Positions 26,486 through 37,300 of a DNA stretch of 64,000 bases are shown here, one piece after another. Positions within the stretch are counted from its first letter, which is position 1. Each line of letters starts with the position of its first letter. The position numbers and the translations under genes were made by a program. The notes beneath the pieces are model-generated. The model saw nothing but the letters and a program-made list of their open reading frames with translations. It was not told the origin of the DNA and made no database searches. Origin of the DNA: a virus; IMG/VR virus record IMGVR_UViG_3300031576_000007, positions 32,001 to 96,000 of that record; one strand, given 5' to 3'.

Positions 26486-28700
26486 CAGAAGATTATACAC
26501 GTTTTCAGATGTTCTTATAGAACCTCGTTTTTCTACAATTAAAAGTAGAAGAGATGTTGATTTAACAACTACTTTAGGTGATATTAAACTACACTTACCC
26601 ATCATAAGTGCTAACATGTCAACCATTACTGGTGAGGAGATGGCTTTAGTTATGGCTAAAAATGGCGGTATGGGCATACTTCATCGTTTTATGTCTATAG
26701 AAGATAATGTTGAAATGTGGAATAAAGTGTTCATGTCATTAAAGAACAGAGAAGTTGATACTGGTGGAAATATAAATGTCGGGGTTTCAATAGGGATATC
26801 AGACGAGGAAAAAGATCGAGCAGTAGCCCTCTATGATGACGATGCCTTCATATTCTGTATCGATGTAGCTCATGGTGCTCAGATGTCAGTTGTTAAACAA
26901 GTAAAGTGGATGAGGGAGAAATTTAAAGATAATGTATTTATTATTGTGGGGAATTTTGCTACCAGTCAATCTATAAATGATTTTGTTAATCATGCAGGGG
27001 GCAGGAGTATGCCGGACGCATTTAAAATTGGGATCGGGCCAGGTTGTCTTGCAGCGGGCACAAGGATATTGATGGCAAATGGTACTTATAAGAACATCGA
27101 AGACATCAAGCTACACGATAGAGTAATAAATCAAAATGGGGATGCGGTATCTGTAATTGGAACTAAGTTCTCAGGATATAAGAAAGTAGTAAAATATAAA
27201 AGTAATTTATGGTATGATTATACATATGCAACTCCTGACCACAAACATTTTGTAGGTAATTACAGTGGTATAAAAGATATCAATCAGTGTGTACTTAGAG
27301 TAGTCTTAGACAAAAGAACAAGATCAGGTAAAAGTAAGTATAGTTGGGAAGAACTAGGCACACTAAAAAATCATACATTTTTAATGCCAAAAAATATTAA
27401 ATTTGAGTTATCAGACTCTTTCTCAATAAAATTGTCTGATTTTTTTACAGCTAGACGAAGTATGAGTGGTTTTAGAGAAGATACGAATTTAACAATAGAG
27501 CCCTCGTATGAGCTTGGATATGTATTTGGTACTTTTTTAGGAGACGGGCATAGCAGCATTTCAAAGTCTATTAGAAGTACTGGTCGCTTGAATACAAGTG
27601 CTTTAACCACTTGGTATTTTGGTTTGCAAGAACAGTATATTTCTGATAAATTGGTGAAATGTTTAAAGTCTACTCTAAAAGTAGAAGCTAGTACAAAAAA
27701 GAGTAAAAACATGACCATTGTAATTTTGCGTAATAATTTTATTAGTAGATTTTTCAAAAGCTTTGGTACTAGAACCAATAAACATTTACCGGAACAATAC
27801 TTGTGTAATAATAAAGACTACCTAAAAGGTATATTAGATGGATTAGTAGATAGTGATGGCTACTATAAAAACGATGGTAGAGTTTGTTTTAGTAATACTA
27901 GCCGCAAGTTGGTTGAACTGTTTAATTTTGTATTTTTCCAAATAAATAACTATTTCCCAAGTCAACAATATAAAACCCCCTCTGCCGGGGGGTTAAAAAA
28001 TTGTCTTACTGATAACTGCAATCCTTCTTATGTGTCAAGAGGGATAAAAAATCCTACTTTTAATATGACTAAAGATCATTATGTAAATAGAATAATAGAA
28101 ATTCAGGATGAATCCGAATTATTAGTGCCTACTTATGACCTACAAGTGGATTGTAACACACATAGTTTTATAGCCAATCACATGATTGTTCATAATTCAA
28201 CTTGTACCACTAGGGTAAAAACTGGCGTAGGAGTCTCTCAGCTCAGCGCTATTCTTGATTGTTCTCATAATACTTCTTTCCCTATTATAGCAGATGGTGG
28301 AATGAGAACACCAGGAGATATTTCAAAGGCTCTAGCAGCAGGAGCAAAAGCAGTTATGCTAGGTGGTATGCTAGCAGGTACGAATGAAACTCCAGGTAGT
28401 TTCTTAGAAAAGAACTCGTTTGAGAGTGCTGTACTTGGGGGTCCTTGGGATAAATTTAAAAAGTACAAAGGATCAGCTTCAGAAGGCTATGGTAATGGTT
28501 GGAAAACTTCAGAAGGAGTTGAATTCTTGGTTCCTTCTAAAGGCCCAGTTGAGGTAATCCTTAAAGATATTGAAGGAGGACTTAGGTCTGCTTTTACCTA
28601 CACAGGAAGTTCCAACATAACACAATTTAGAAATAATGCTAAGCTAATATTAGTATCACAATCTACTATAATTGAAAATGGCCCACACGGAGCAAAATGA
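26478..28700 (+). CDS. guaC: GMP reductase / IMPDH-family oxidoreductase (GuaC-like, no CBS domains), intein-containing
   Basis: IISANM, IDVAHG, GIGPG|STCTTRVKTGVG, IADGG, YKGSAS, EGV. Confidence 0.8.
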   Translation: MGDRRLYTFSDVLIEPRFSTIKSRRDVDLTTTLGDIKLHLPIISANMSTITGEEMALVMAKNGGMGILHRFMSIEDNVEMWNKVFMSLKNREVDTGGNINVGVSIGISDEEKDRAVALYDDDAFIFCIDVAHGAQMSVVKQVKWMREKFKDNVFIIVGNFATSQSINDFVNHAGGRSMPDAFKIGIGPGCLAAGTRILMANGTYKNIEDIKLHDRVINQNGDAVSVIGTKFSGYKKVVKYKSNLWYDYTYATPDHKHFVGNYSGIKDINQCVLRVVLDKRTRSGKSKYSWEELGTLKNHTFLMPKNIKFELSDSFSIKLSDFFTARRSMSGFREDTNLTIEPSYELGYVFGTFLGDGHSSISKSIRSTGRLNTSALTTWYFGLQEQYISDKLVKCLKSTLKVEASTKKSKNMTIVILRNNFISRFFKSFGTRTNKHLPEQYLCNNKDYLKGILDGLVDSDGYYKNDGRVCFSNTSRKLVELFNFVFFQINNYFPSQQYKTPSAGGLKNCLTDNCNPSYVSRGIKNPTFNMTKDHYVNRIIEIQDESELLVPTYDLQVDCNTHSFIANHMIVHNSTCTTRVKTGVGVSQLSAILDCSHNTSFPIIADGGMRTPGDISKALAAGAKAVMLGGMLAGTNETPGSFLEKNSFESAVLGGPWDKFKKYKGSASEGYGNGWKTSEGVEFLVPSKGPVEVILKDIEGGLRSAFTYTGSSNITQFRNNAKLILVSQSTIIENGPHGAK
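27045..28196 (+). mobile_element. Intein (384 aa) with LAGLIDADG endonuclease in the guaC-like gene
   Basis: Starts CLAAGT, ATPDH, FGTFLGDG and ILDGLVDSDG, ends IVHN before S. Confidence 0.92.
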
Positions 28701-28972
28701 GTAGAATATTAGATGCATTATTTATACTATTTAAAGGGAGAAAGGCACTAGTGGCAAAAGATAAAAATAAACTACCCACAACATTCGCTAAGGAAACTGA
28801 AAAATATTTTCATGAAGATATTGAAGGTGTAGCTAAAGAAGAACTTGATTTCGATACCTTCCAAACCGTTAGTCTGCCTAACAGCAATAAGCTTGTAACA
28901 GCTAGGAATAAGAAGACAAAAGAGATCCAAGGTGTTAGGATGTTGATTAAAAAAGAGGAAAAAAAGAAATGA
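28697..28972 (+). CDS. Hypothetical protein
   Basis: ATGA-coupled ORF. Confidence 0.6.
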   Translation: MSRILDALFILFKGRKALVAKDKNKLPTTFAKETEKYFHEDIEGVAKEELDFDTFQTVSLPNSNKLVTARNKKTKEIQGVRMLIKKEEKKK

Positions 28973-29292
28973 CTTTAAAAACTATTTCAGAAAAAATACA
29001 AAAATTATTCGGTAAGTTCCCATACTACCTTTGTTCAGGAACTGCTGGTAATGAGTACTTATTTTGTAGAGAATTAACTCATTTTATTGGTGGAGTTATT
29101 ATAGGACTGATTCCTGCTTTAACAAGTTCTGTACTTTTTAGTATTCTAGCTGGTTGGCTAATATTTATAATAATTGTATTAAAAGAAATATCAGAAGACA
29201 ACAAGAGTCAGTCTAGATTTAAAACAATAATTGATGTGCTATCCTGGACCATAGGGTTTCTTACCCCAACTCTTATAAAATTTGTTCTTTAG
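28969..29292 (+). CDS. Membrane protein
   Basis: THFIGG..., hydrophobic helices, KEISED, IDVLSWTIG. Confidence 0.65.
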   Translation: MTLKTISEKIQKLFGKFPYYLCSGTAGNEYLFCRELTHFIGGVIIGLIPALTSSVLFSILAGWLIFIIIVLKEISEDNKSQSRFKTIIDVLSWTIGFLTPTLIKFVL

Positions 29293-29301
29293 AAAGGTTT
29301 T

Positions 29302-29472
29302 ATGATTAGATTTCAAAAATTAGGACTATTAGAAATATTTTTATCTGGGCTAATAATTGGGTTTATTCCAATAAATTTCTTAATCAATACTAAAGGCATG
29401 ATTTTAGTTGATTTAGCTGCGGCTTCAATTTGTTTGTGGTTTGGTTATAGAGATCTGAAAGATCCAGAGTAA
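29302..29472 (+). CDS. Small two-TM protein (56 aa, below ORF-track cutoff)
   Basis: RBS GAAAGG; MIRFQKLGLLEIFLSGLIIGFIP...CLWFGYRDLKDPE. Confidence 0.55.
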   Translation: MIRFQKLGLLEIFLSGLIIGFIPINFLINTKGMILVDLAAASICLWFGYRDLKDPE

Positions 29473-29488
29473 ACTGTAGGGGAGAAAA

Positions 29489-29845
29489 ATGAGCAATAAG
29501 AATTCATTTGATGCATATCAAGAAACGGCAGCAGAAACAGCGGTATTTCCTAGAAAGTCACAGTTAGAAACATTGATGTATTTGGGATTAGGACTTACGG
29601 GAGAATCTGGGGAATCAGCGGAAAAAATAAAGAAACTATACAGGGATTATAATGGAGTAATAACAGAAGAATTTCGAGACAACTTAATTAAGGAGCTAGG
29701 GGATATTATTTGGTATGCCTCCCAAATTGCCCTAGAACTTGGTGTTAATTTTAGCGAGGTAGCTGAGAGAAATATAGAAAAGTTGCAGAGTAGAATGAAA
29801 CAAAATAAAATTCAAGGTAGTGGGGATAACAGAGAGAATCAATAA
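29489..29845 (+). CDS. MazG-like nucleotide pyrophosphohydrolase
   Basis: LGLTGESGESAEKIKK...KELGDIIWY...NIEKLQSR...GSGDNR. Confidence 0.9.
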   Translation: MSNKNSFDAYQETAAETAVFPRKSQLETLMYLGLGLTGESGESAEKIKKLYRDYNGVITEEFRDNLIKELGDIIWYASQIALELGVNFSEVAERNIEKLQSRMKQNKIQGSGDNRENQ

Positions 29846-29846
29846 T

Positions 29847-30407
29847 ATGATAGAAAATAATAAAAAAACTACAGTAATTAATCTATTTGGAGGTCCTGGT
29901 GCTGGCAAATCTACACTTGCATGTGAATTATTCAGTTCTCTGAAACATAGAAAGGTTAACACGGAGTTGGTTAGAGAATATGTTAAAGATTGGGCTTGGG
30001 AGAGCCGTAAGATCAACCCAATCGACCAGCTTTACATTGCAGCTAAACAATTCAGAAGAGAACAGATTCTCTACGGTAAAGTAGATGTTATTATCACTGA
30101 TTCTCCTATTATTTTGAGTGCTGTTTATGAAGAAGTATATTCTAAAAACACTAGAGTTTGGGGGGTACTACCAACTTATCTTTCAGTAGATCCTAATGTT
30201 AAACACCTAAATTTCTTTATCAAAAGACATAAAGATTATGTGCAAGCTGGTAGATATGAGGATGAGTCACAAGCCAAAGAAATTGATAAAACCATAGAAT
30301 CATTCCTTATAAATAAGAACATCCCCTATACAACTATAGATTGCCTTGATAATATTAGGTCTTCTAAAATATTGGATTTTTTATTTAATGAGGGCTTTAA
30401 ACAATGA
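29847..30407 (+). CDS. P-loop kinase/ATPase (NadR/AAA_28-like)
   Basis: INLFGGPGAGKST, ELVREYVK, IITDSP, GRYEDE. Confidence 0.8.
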   Translation: MIENNKKTTVINLFGGPGAGKSTLACELFSSLKHRKVNTELVREYVKDWAWESRKINPIDQLYIAAKQFRREQILYGKVDVIITDSPIILSAVYEEVYSKNTRVWGVLPTYLSVDPNVKHLNFFIKRHKDYVQAGRYEDESQAKEIDKTIESFLINKNIPYTTIDCLDNIRSSKILDFLFNEGFKQ

Positions 30408-30604
30408 TTAGAGGTCATGAATATTATTATGAAATGCATAATGAAATTAAAGAGCTTAAAGATTATATAAGAGAACTTACATTAACTAATGGTGTTTTGA
30501 CTAGAGATATAGAAAGACTTAATGAGCTTTTAGATAGTTGCAGAAAAATATCAGATATTAGATCAAAAGAACTAATAGAATTAAAGGAGAAATTGAATGG
30601 CTGA
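30404..30604 (+). CDS. Small coiled-coil protein
   Basis: Coupled ORF. Confidence 0.55.
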   Translation: MIRGHEYYYEMHNEIKELKDYIRELTLTNGVLTRDIERLNELLDSCRKISDIRSKELIELKEKLNG

Positions 30605-30779
30605 GCAAGTAATAAGTGTTTCACAAGCATCTAAATTGTCTAATGACAAGTTAGTTGGTAAGAAAAAGAAGAGTACTAAAGATAAATACCACACAAAAGC
30701 TCTTAAAGTAGTAAAGAAGGATAAAAGATTGAACAGCTTAAATAAACAGATAAAGAATAAAAATGCTAATCGCTCTTGA
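30597..30779 (+). CDS. Small basic protein
   Basis: Lys-rich 60 aa, RBS AAGGAG. Confidence 0.55.
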   Translation: MAEQVISVSQASKLSNDKLVGKKKKSTKDKYHTKALKVVKKDKRLNSLNKQIKNKNANRS

Positions 30780-31338
30780 TATCGATGGGGTAATTTTAGA
30801 TTTCTTGGGCCATTTCCTGAAGATATACAACAACAGGAATGGTACGAGTCTTACTACAGATGATATAACTGACTTTTTGCCTTCTGGTAATCTAGATGAT
30901 TTAATAAAGAAAAAAGACTGGGATGAGAACTTCGATTTCTTTGTTGATAATGGGGGATTTTCTAGCCTACCAAGTTTTGAAGGTGCCAGGGTAGCTATAG
31001 AGAATATTATTAAAGCTGGTCATCACATAGTCTATATAACTGCTAGAGAACCAAAACTATCTGGACAGACTATTATATCATTTATATTAAATAATATCCC
31101 TCTTAAAAAGATATATTTCGCTCCTCATAGTAAAGAACAAGCACTAAAAGACCTTAATCCAGATATATTTGTTGATGATAGACTAAAACATTTAGAAGAG
31201 GCAGAAAGAGCTGGGGTTAGAAATATCTATGTTATGGATCAACCATATAATAAAAAACTGGAAGCTAAAAAATATACTCGTATCTATAATTTAATCCAAT
31301 TAGAAAGAGAAATTGCTCCAATTAAGGATGAAAAATGA
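30763..31338 (+). CDS. HAD-family 5'(3')-deoxyribonucleotidase
   Basis: ALDIDGV, YITAR, K, FVDD, PYN. Confidence 0.85.
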   Translation: MLIALDIDGVILDFLGHFLKIYNNRNGTSLTTDDITDFLPSGNLDDLIKKKDWDENFDFFVDNGGFSSLPSFEGARVAIENIIKAGHHIVYITAREPKLSGQTIISFILNNIPLKKIYFAPHSKEQALKDLNPDIFVDDRLKHLEEAERAGVRNIYVMDQPYNKKLEAKKYTRIYNLIQLEREIAPIKDEK

Positions 31339-31718
31339 AAAAGACGACATTAGGAAAAGCTCTAATAAAGGCAGCCAAAGAAACTATAAAGCCCTCAAAA
31401 GAAGAAGTTAGTATCAGATATTTAGTGGTTTATACACCTAATTTCTGTGTGACTCCATTTAAAGTAGTTTATGATAGTTCAAAAAAAAAGAACTTCGCAA
31501 TTAACTCTAAGATAGAACTTAATAGTAGTGAAGCTGCTTATAAGTATTATAGAGGCTTAAAAGACGAAGACAGTGAAATTCGTATATTTAGAGTCTTTAA
31601 CTTAACTGATGAAGAGGTATTGAAATTTATGAATTGTTCAGCAGAAATGGCCGTTCCCAACTCAATGTATTGGAGCCGAACTAAGGGGTTGCGCCCTAAG
31701 AACCCCGAAGAACAGTGA
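31335..31718 (+). CDS. Hypothetical protein
   Basis: 127 aa coupled ORF. Confidence 0.6.
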   Translation: MKKTTLGKALIKAAKETIKPSKEEVSIRYLVVYTPNFCVTPFKVVYDSSKKKNFAINSKIELNSSEAAYKYYRGLKDEDSEIRIFRVFNLTDEEVLKFMNCSAEMAVPNSMYWSRTKGLRPKNPEEQ

Positions 31719-31772
31719 ACTAAATTAAGAAGATAGTTGAAAACTTTGAGAAGAAAATACAAAGAGATAAAA

Positions 31773-32165
31773 ATGACTGAAGATACTAAAAAGAAAGAAC
31801 CAAAGTTTAGACAGTACATGGTCTTAGAAGTTGTCCAGAGTTTTGATATAATATTTGCTAATGAGGACAAACGATTAAGAAAAGAACATTTATTTGAAGG
31901 GTCTCACTTACTTATAACCAGAGGTTTTAAAGGTAATAAAGCTTATAAAAACTTTTATAGATATAACTTCTGTGAACTTTCACTAGAACAGCTGGTACTC
32001 AATAATGTAGATTTTAAAAAGTATCCTATTTTTATAGCTTCTGAAAAAACATTAGAAAATCATACAACTATCCACGTAGCTAAAACTATGGAAGTTGGCC
32101 TTATCCTTAATGACATAATTAAAAATAAAGTTACTGATTTAGTTTCAACCATCCATAAGAGCTAG
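31773..32165 (+). CDS. Hypothetical protein (last gene of + arm)
   Basis: Probable ATG 31773; overlaps convergent gene. Confidence 0.55.
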   Translation: MTEDTKKKEPKFRQYMVLEVVQSFDIIFANEDKRLRKEHLFEGSHLLITRGFKGNKAYKNFYRYNFCELSLEQLVLNNVDFKKYPIFIASEKTLENHTTIHVAKTMEVGLILNDIIKNKVTDLVSTIHKS

Positions 32166-32469
32166 AGTGTAAAATACTCCTAGCATGTTCTTCTGTCATC
32201 CCAGACCCTTCCGTATAAGCTTCGAACTCCCATTTATATCTCCATGGATTCCAACCAAAAGGCAACGCGAACAAATAAAGAAATAAATACTTAACTAATC
32301 CTACTTCTTGCTGTTGCTTAATATGAATCAATTCATGTTCTAAAATCTTAGAACTTGGTGGTCTTCCTTCTGGGAAGTAAATAGTATCCCCTATTGTTGT
32401 ATAGTTATTACTAGCAAAACTTCCAGTAAGCTTCCAGGCCCAAGACTTTTTTCTTAATTGATAATTCAT
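32131..32469 (-). CDS. Zincin-like metallopeptidase (HExxH)
   Basis: TTIGDTIY, LEHELIHIKQQ, EFEAY. Confidence 0.7.
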   Translation of the reverse strand: MNYQLRKKSWAWKLTGSFASNNYTTIGDTIYFPEGRPPSSKILEHELIHIKQQQEVGLVKYLFLYLFALPFGWNPWRYKWEFEAYTEGSGMTEEHARSILHSSSYGWLKLNQ

Positions 32470-33026
32470 AAGTTAAACAAATCTCTTTCTTTGTTTCTTC
32501 TAATTGTTAGCCCCTTAAGAACTTTACCCCCCGCACGATCCCATCTTAATAACTGATCAGCTGCCCCGCTATAATCTCCTGCGTTCAACATTTTTAATAA
32601 AGTCGATGTTTTAAAATTACCTAAACCTACGTTATAAGAGAACACTACTAAAGATGAAAATTGGTTGCTAGTTAACGGCACTTTAACTGCTTTGCTAACC
32701 CCCTCTTCAAATACTCGTAAGTCTTTATACAATAATGCTTCAGCTTCTATTTCAGATATAACTTGTCCAGGGGTGACATCATCACCAGTATGACCGTATC
32801 CAATTGTTAGTATACCAACTGTGTCTTTGTAAGCTTTCAATTCCAGTCCTTCTGAGTCCTTTAAGAGCTTCAGTCCTGCTGTATTGATATGCTTCGCGTC
32901 ATCAACAATTATAATTGGTTCAGGCTTTCTTTCGAAATGGAGAATCTTAGCCTCCTCCTGTTCTTTCGGGGGTTTCTTAGGGGCCATAGATAAAAGATGT
33001 TGTAATAATGTGAGAAAAAATTTCAT
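32466..33026 (-). CDS. Endolysin, GH24 lysozyme
   Basis: SEGLELKAYKDTVGILTIGYGH (E-D-T triad), NQFSSLVVFSYNVG, GLTIRR..E. Confidence 0.93.
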   Translation of the reverse strand: MKFFLTLLQHLLSMAPKKPPKEQEEAKILHFERKPEPIIIVDDAKHINTAGLKLLKDSEGLELKAYKDTVGILTIGYGHTGDDVTPGQVISEIEAEALLYKDLRVFEEGVSKAVKVPLTSNQFSSLVVFSYNVGLGNFKTSTLLKMLNAGDYSGAADQLLRWDRAGGKVLKGLTIRRNKERDLFNL

Positions 33027-33030
33027 AGTA

Positions 33031-33270
33031 TTATCTTTCCGTTAATAATTTCAATAACAAATCATTTAACTTTTCCAAATTATCCTGTAATCTCTCAAGA
33101 TCAGATCTTATATCTTTTATTTGTACTTCTTGTACAGCTACCTTTTCCTCTAATTTAGGAAGATGACTTGGTTCACTTTCTTTCTTTGACCCAGCTATCT
33201 TTAGGATAGATAGACATACGGTAGCAACTGAACCCACTAATGCTACAGCCATCGCCATAGTAAATTCCAT
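33031..33270 (-). CDS. Single-TM coiled-coil protein (holin/antiholin candidate)
   Basis: N-terminal TM, adjacent to endolysin. Confidence 0.5.
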   Translation of the reverse strand: MEFTMAMAVALVGSVATVCLSILKIAGSKKESEPSHLPKLEEKVAVQEVQIKDIRSDLERLQDNLEKLNDLLLKLLTER

Positions 33271-33449
33271 TATCCCCTCGCTGGCTTCTTTAATTGTTCT
33301 ATTTGTTTACATACATTATCTGGGCAGGAACCCAAATTACTTAATTTACTTCTTAATCTTTTTTGTAGATGTCTGCCATTAGTAGAATCTTTTTGTACAA
33401 TATCCTCTATCTGACTTATCTGTTCTTCTAACTTCTTATAATTTATCAT
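33270..33449 (-). CDS. Small hypothetical protein
   Basis: Likely ATG 33449 directly after upstream stop. Confidence 0.5.
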   Translation of the reverse strand: MINYKKLEEQISQIEDIVQKDSTNGRHLQKRLRSKLSNLGSCPDNVCKQIEQLKKPARG

Positions 33450-33450
33450 A

Positions 33451-34341
33451 TTATAATAGATACAGATTGTATCTAACCTTCCCACCATTGTTTGGAGAAC
33501 CTGTATTCAAAGAAAAAGTAAGTTTATGCTGACCGGGGGTTAAAACTAGAGAGGTGATATCCAGAACTACACCAGTTGTGACAATGGTATGGCCAGATGT
33601 GCCATCACCGAATTTAGCCAGGCTTGCCTGAGTCAATAAAATAGATGTTTTATCAATTCCATCTAAAGCTATTTTCATATCATCAAAGAATTGTTTAGCA
33701 GAACCCGCAGTATGAAGAGAACCAACCCCAGGATTTAAACCTACGGTACCAGTTACACCAGAGGTTACTGAGTGGGCATGTAATGTAGATCCAGAGTTAA
33801 CATTTCCTGTCTGTCCTCCTTTATTTAAAGTACCAGTACCTGTCACACTTCCGCTTATACTTAAAGAAGTATTATTGATGAATCTTCCATCACTTGATAG
33901 TGTTACTCCTTCATTGTTTGTATCTAAGCCATCGTCACTGGCAGTTGTATTTTCACTTATAACTAACCCATGTTTGTGTGAACTTGGGGAAACTTCTAAA
34001 CTGTGCCCATGCCCGTGGTTTATATCAGTATTTGTCCCATGTTGGTGCCCATCTACGCTGATATTATTTGTACTCAAGGACCCAGAATCATGATTATGTA
34101 ACCCTATTTCTGTATAGAAGTTTTGATTGAATCGTTCACCAAATATATATAATTTTATCTCTTGTGGCAACTGCCCAAAGATATGAAAGTAAAGATTCTC
34201 TGGGTTGTTATTATCAATATCAGCAGAGCCAACATATGATAGCCCACTTACTATTAGTGTAGGTCTTGAGGTAGCAGGAACATCTATATCCGTGCGCCTC
34301 TTTGAGAATTTCTTTTCTCCTGTCCCTCTTACTAGTCCCAT
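33451..34341 (-). CDS. Tail fibre / spike-associated protein
   Basis: Multiple HxH motifs (HNH, HQH, HGH, HKH, HAH) typical of metal-bound trimeric fibres. Confidence 0.6.
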   Translation of the reverse strand: MGLVRGTGEKKFSKRRTDIDVPATSRPTLIVSGLSYVGSADIDNNNPENLYFHIFGQLPQEIKLYIFGERFNQNFYTEIGLHNHDSGSLSTNNISVDGHQHGTNTDINHGHGHSLEVSPSSHKHGLVISENTTASDDGLDTNNEGVTLSSDGRFINNTSLSISGSVTGTGTLNKGGQTGNVNSGSTLHAHSVTSGVTGTVGLNPGVGSLHTAGSAKQFFDDMKIALDGIDKTSILLTQASLAKFGDGTSGHTIVTTGVVLDITSLVLTPGQHKLTFSLNTGSPNNGGKVRYNLYLL

Positions 34342-34350
34342 ATGTTCTCC

Positions 34351-37300
34351 TTAAATCTCGTAAACAGTTAATCTACAGTTTTCCACAAATACAGTACCAG
34401 AATTGGTCTCAATATTGAAATCGTAAGTATGATTTCCAGCTGGTGGAACATCGAATTCTTTAAATATACTACATGGGAATGCAGTTGGGGCAACCATAGT
34501 GAACACTCCCATTGAAGTTCCTGCGTCTCTTCTGAATCTTAATCTAGTGCCAGCTCCTGAAGCAGATACATAGCCTTGTGAAGCCCCAGAGTTACCTGGT
34601 CTTAGAAATACTACTACTGGTCTGCCATGAGTTGTTATATTAACACTTAAATTGGTTACAACTCCTGTGCCACCAGAAGAGAAGGACCCCGAAGAACTAC
34701 CAGTAATATGACTCGAAGCAGCTGCTAGTATAATATTAGCAGAAGCAGAATCGATAGCTCCTATACCTTGTATAGAACCGCCTAAAAAGTTAGTCAAACC
34801 TAAACTTGAAACTCTAAATCTAGGTGTTCCATTATAAAGAAATTCTACTTCTCCGCCGCTATTACCTGTAAAATCCCACTGATGAGCCCCTCTAACCAAT
34901 CTAAAAGCTGGATTAGCACCTAGTAAAGTCTGTAGAGTAAGGGGCAAAGTACCGGCATTTAATAAACCACTACCAACTGTTACCCCGTCATCAAGACTGT
35001 CTAGTTTTAAAGGAGAAGTTCCATTTATGAACCCAGTTACATTTAAATCTCCACCTACGTTTATATCACCAGTAGTGTTAACTTCACTTGGATTTAGAAC
35101 GTCACTTTCCCCACCACTTCCGTCATGATCATGCCCAATAAATACACCACCCGTTGGGACAACTATTGGAGAAGTTACAAATATAACTCTAAATTTTAAT
35201 TTATCCCCCGCAGATAGAGCGAAGTTAGTTGTAATGTGATTACTATCATTTTCTATATAATCATCCCCAACAAATAATTCTCTACTATCACCGGCTACGG
35301 GTTTATAAGTTACAATTAGCTCATTTACCCCCGTTGTATAAACAAATGGTAATTCAAATACTGTCTGCCCCCCTATAGCGGTTAATACTGTATACCTAAA
35401 AGGACCGTCAGTTTCGAATCCAGTTTTATTGTAATACACCCCATAGTCAGTTAACTCAGAGTTAATCTGAGATAATCCTATCTGTATAAATAGATTTGCT
35501 CCTGTTAACTGTGTATCAGATACAGAAATAGCATCTCTATCATCAGTTTTAAACCATGTTTTTCCATTATCGGAGGATACCCAAGCAATAGGAGAAGGGT
35601 CATTCGTATTTACTACTGAAAGAAAATCTCTAACCGGAGTTCCAGCTAATTCACCAAATCCTGGGAGGGCGTACTGAACAAAATCAATTGTAGCTACATA
35701 TTGTGATGTAGTTAGAAAGCTACCGAATAAGACCCGTGTATCTAAACTTAAATCTGTGAATTCATCATATGTGTGCATTTCTAGAAGTACGTTGTCAACT
35801 AGAAGTTGAACGTTTTCATCTTTCACTTTTCTTAATTTAAGAGAATAAAATTTGTCATAATCCAAATTATGAAGTGGGCCAACATTGGTTCCTGATGCTG
35901 CATTAAACAAACCTACTTTCAGCTGACCAGCAACATCTCTTAAATAAATAGCTATTTCTTTGCTACCATCCTCAAATCTTACCCCTAATCTATCAAGTGC
36001 AACAATCCCTACACTTGCCACTTTAATTCTTATTTCTACTTCTGCATCACCATGCCTTACAAATGCATCATCCCTTTTATAGAATATACGATTTGTACTA
36101 ATATTGTCAGTTATTACCAGATTTCCATCGGTTATTACTTCAGTTATACCACCACCACCGTCCGTCTTAACCCAAACTGGAGTAGCTACATCTGGAAGTG
36201 CATCTGCTTCATAAAATACACTTCCTTTTCTAAATAAATCTTTTGAATAGAAGATAGATGTATAAATATTAAATATAATATAATCAACATCTACTGTTGC
36301 AGTTTCTGATCCATTAGTGCCCCAAGACACTCTCGAAACACCACCAGAACCAGTGACTATATCTTCATAAGGAAATGACCCTCTTAATACTCCGTCAACA
36401 TACCATTGAATAGTGGTATTTCCTATTTTTACTAATTCATACTGATGAAATATAGTGGTATCTAGTAAAAAACTTTGGAGGGTGGAAACACCACCATCTA
36501 CTAATTTTACAGATGTAGTATCTATCACCAACCCGAATCTTTTCCCGCCGACTCCATCATGTAGTTCATATATAAATGGGTAAGTTCCAGACCCTGCCGT
36601 TAATCGGGCTCTAAACTTATGATGACTGTGGGTTAGCGGTGTAAGAGAAGATTCTGTTCTTTCATACCTTATAAGATCCCCTCCTGAAGAATCTATTAGT
36701 GTAACAATACCAGCAGAAGAGGAAGAAGTCTGTGTACCTATTTTAGTCCAAGGATTAATTGGATCTGATTCAGGAACCGTATTACCGAAGAAGTCTACAA
36801 ATCTAGCATTGCTAGTAGCTCTAAATAATTTATTAAATGGTTCGAAAGTCAACGACTGAGTTTTAACAAAGTCTACATCGTCATCAACATCAAATGTTTC
36901 AGCAAATACCTCATCCATCTCAACTTCAGTCAACATGTCTGTTAGATTGTCTCTAGAAAGATCTTTGGCTAATTCTGATCCGAATCCACCAAGGAATCCT
37001 GTCTCACTATCACCAATAGAACCATTATGAGGAAAATGTACTCTCTGAGATCCTCTTTCAGCCATTATGTAAACATCTACATTACTAGGGACACTTGTCT
37101 TTGTAACTACTGTAGGAACAACAAAATAATCACTTATTGCAGACCTATTCAACAGAAAATAAGCTACGTCACCCTCATTTGTAAGGGTAATTACCCCAGG
37201 GGCTATCCTAGCTTTTCCTGCTAGCCCAGGCACACTTATTACAAAGTCTGAGTTATTTGTTAATTGATTAGAAGTAGTACTCCAAGAAACTAGACCACCT

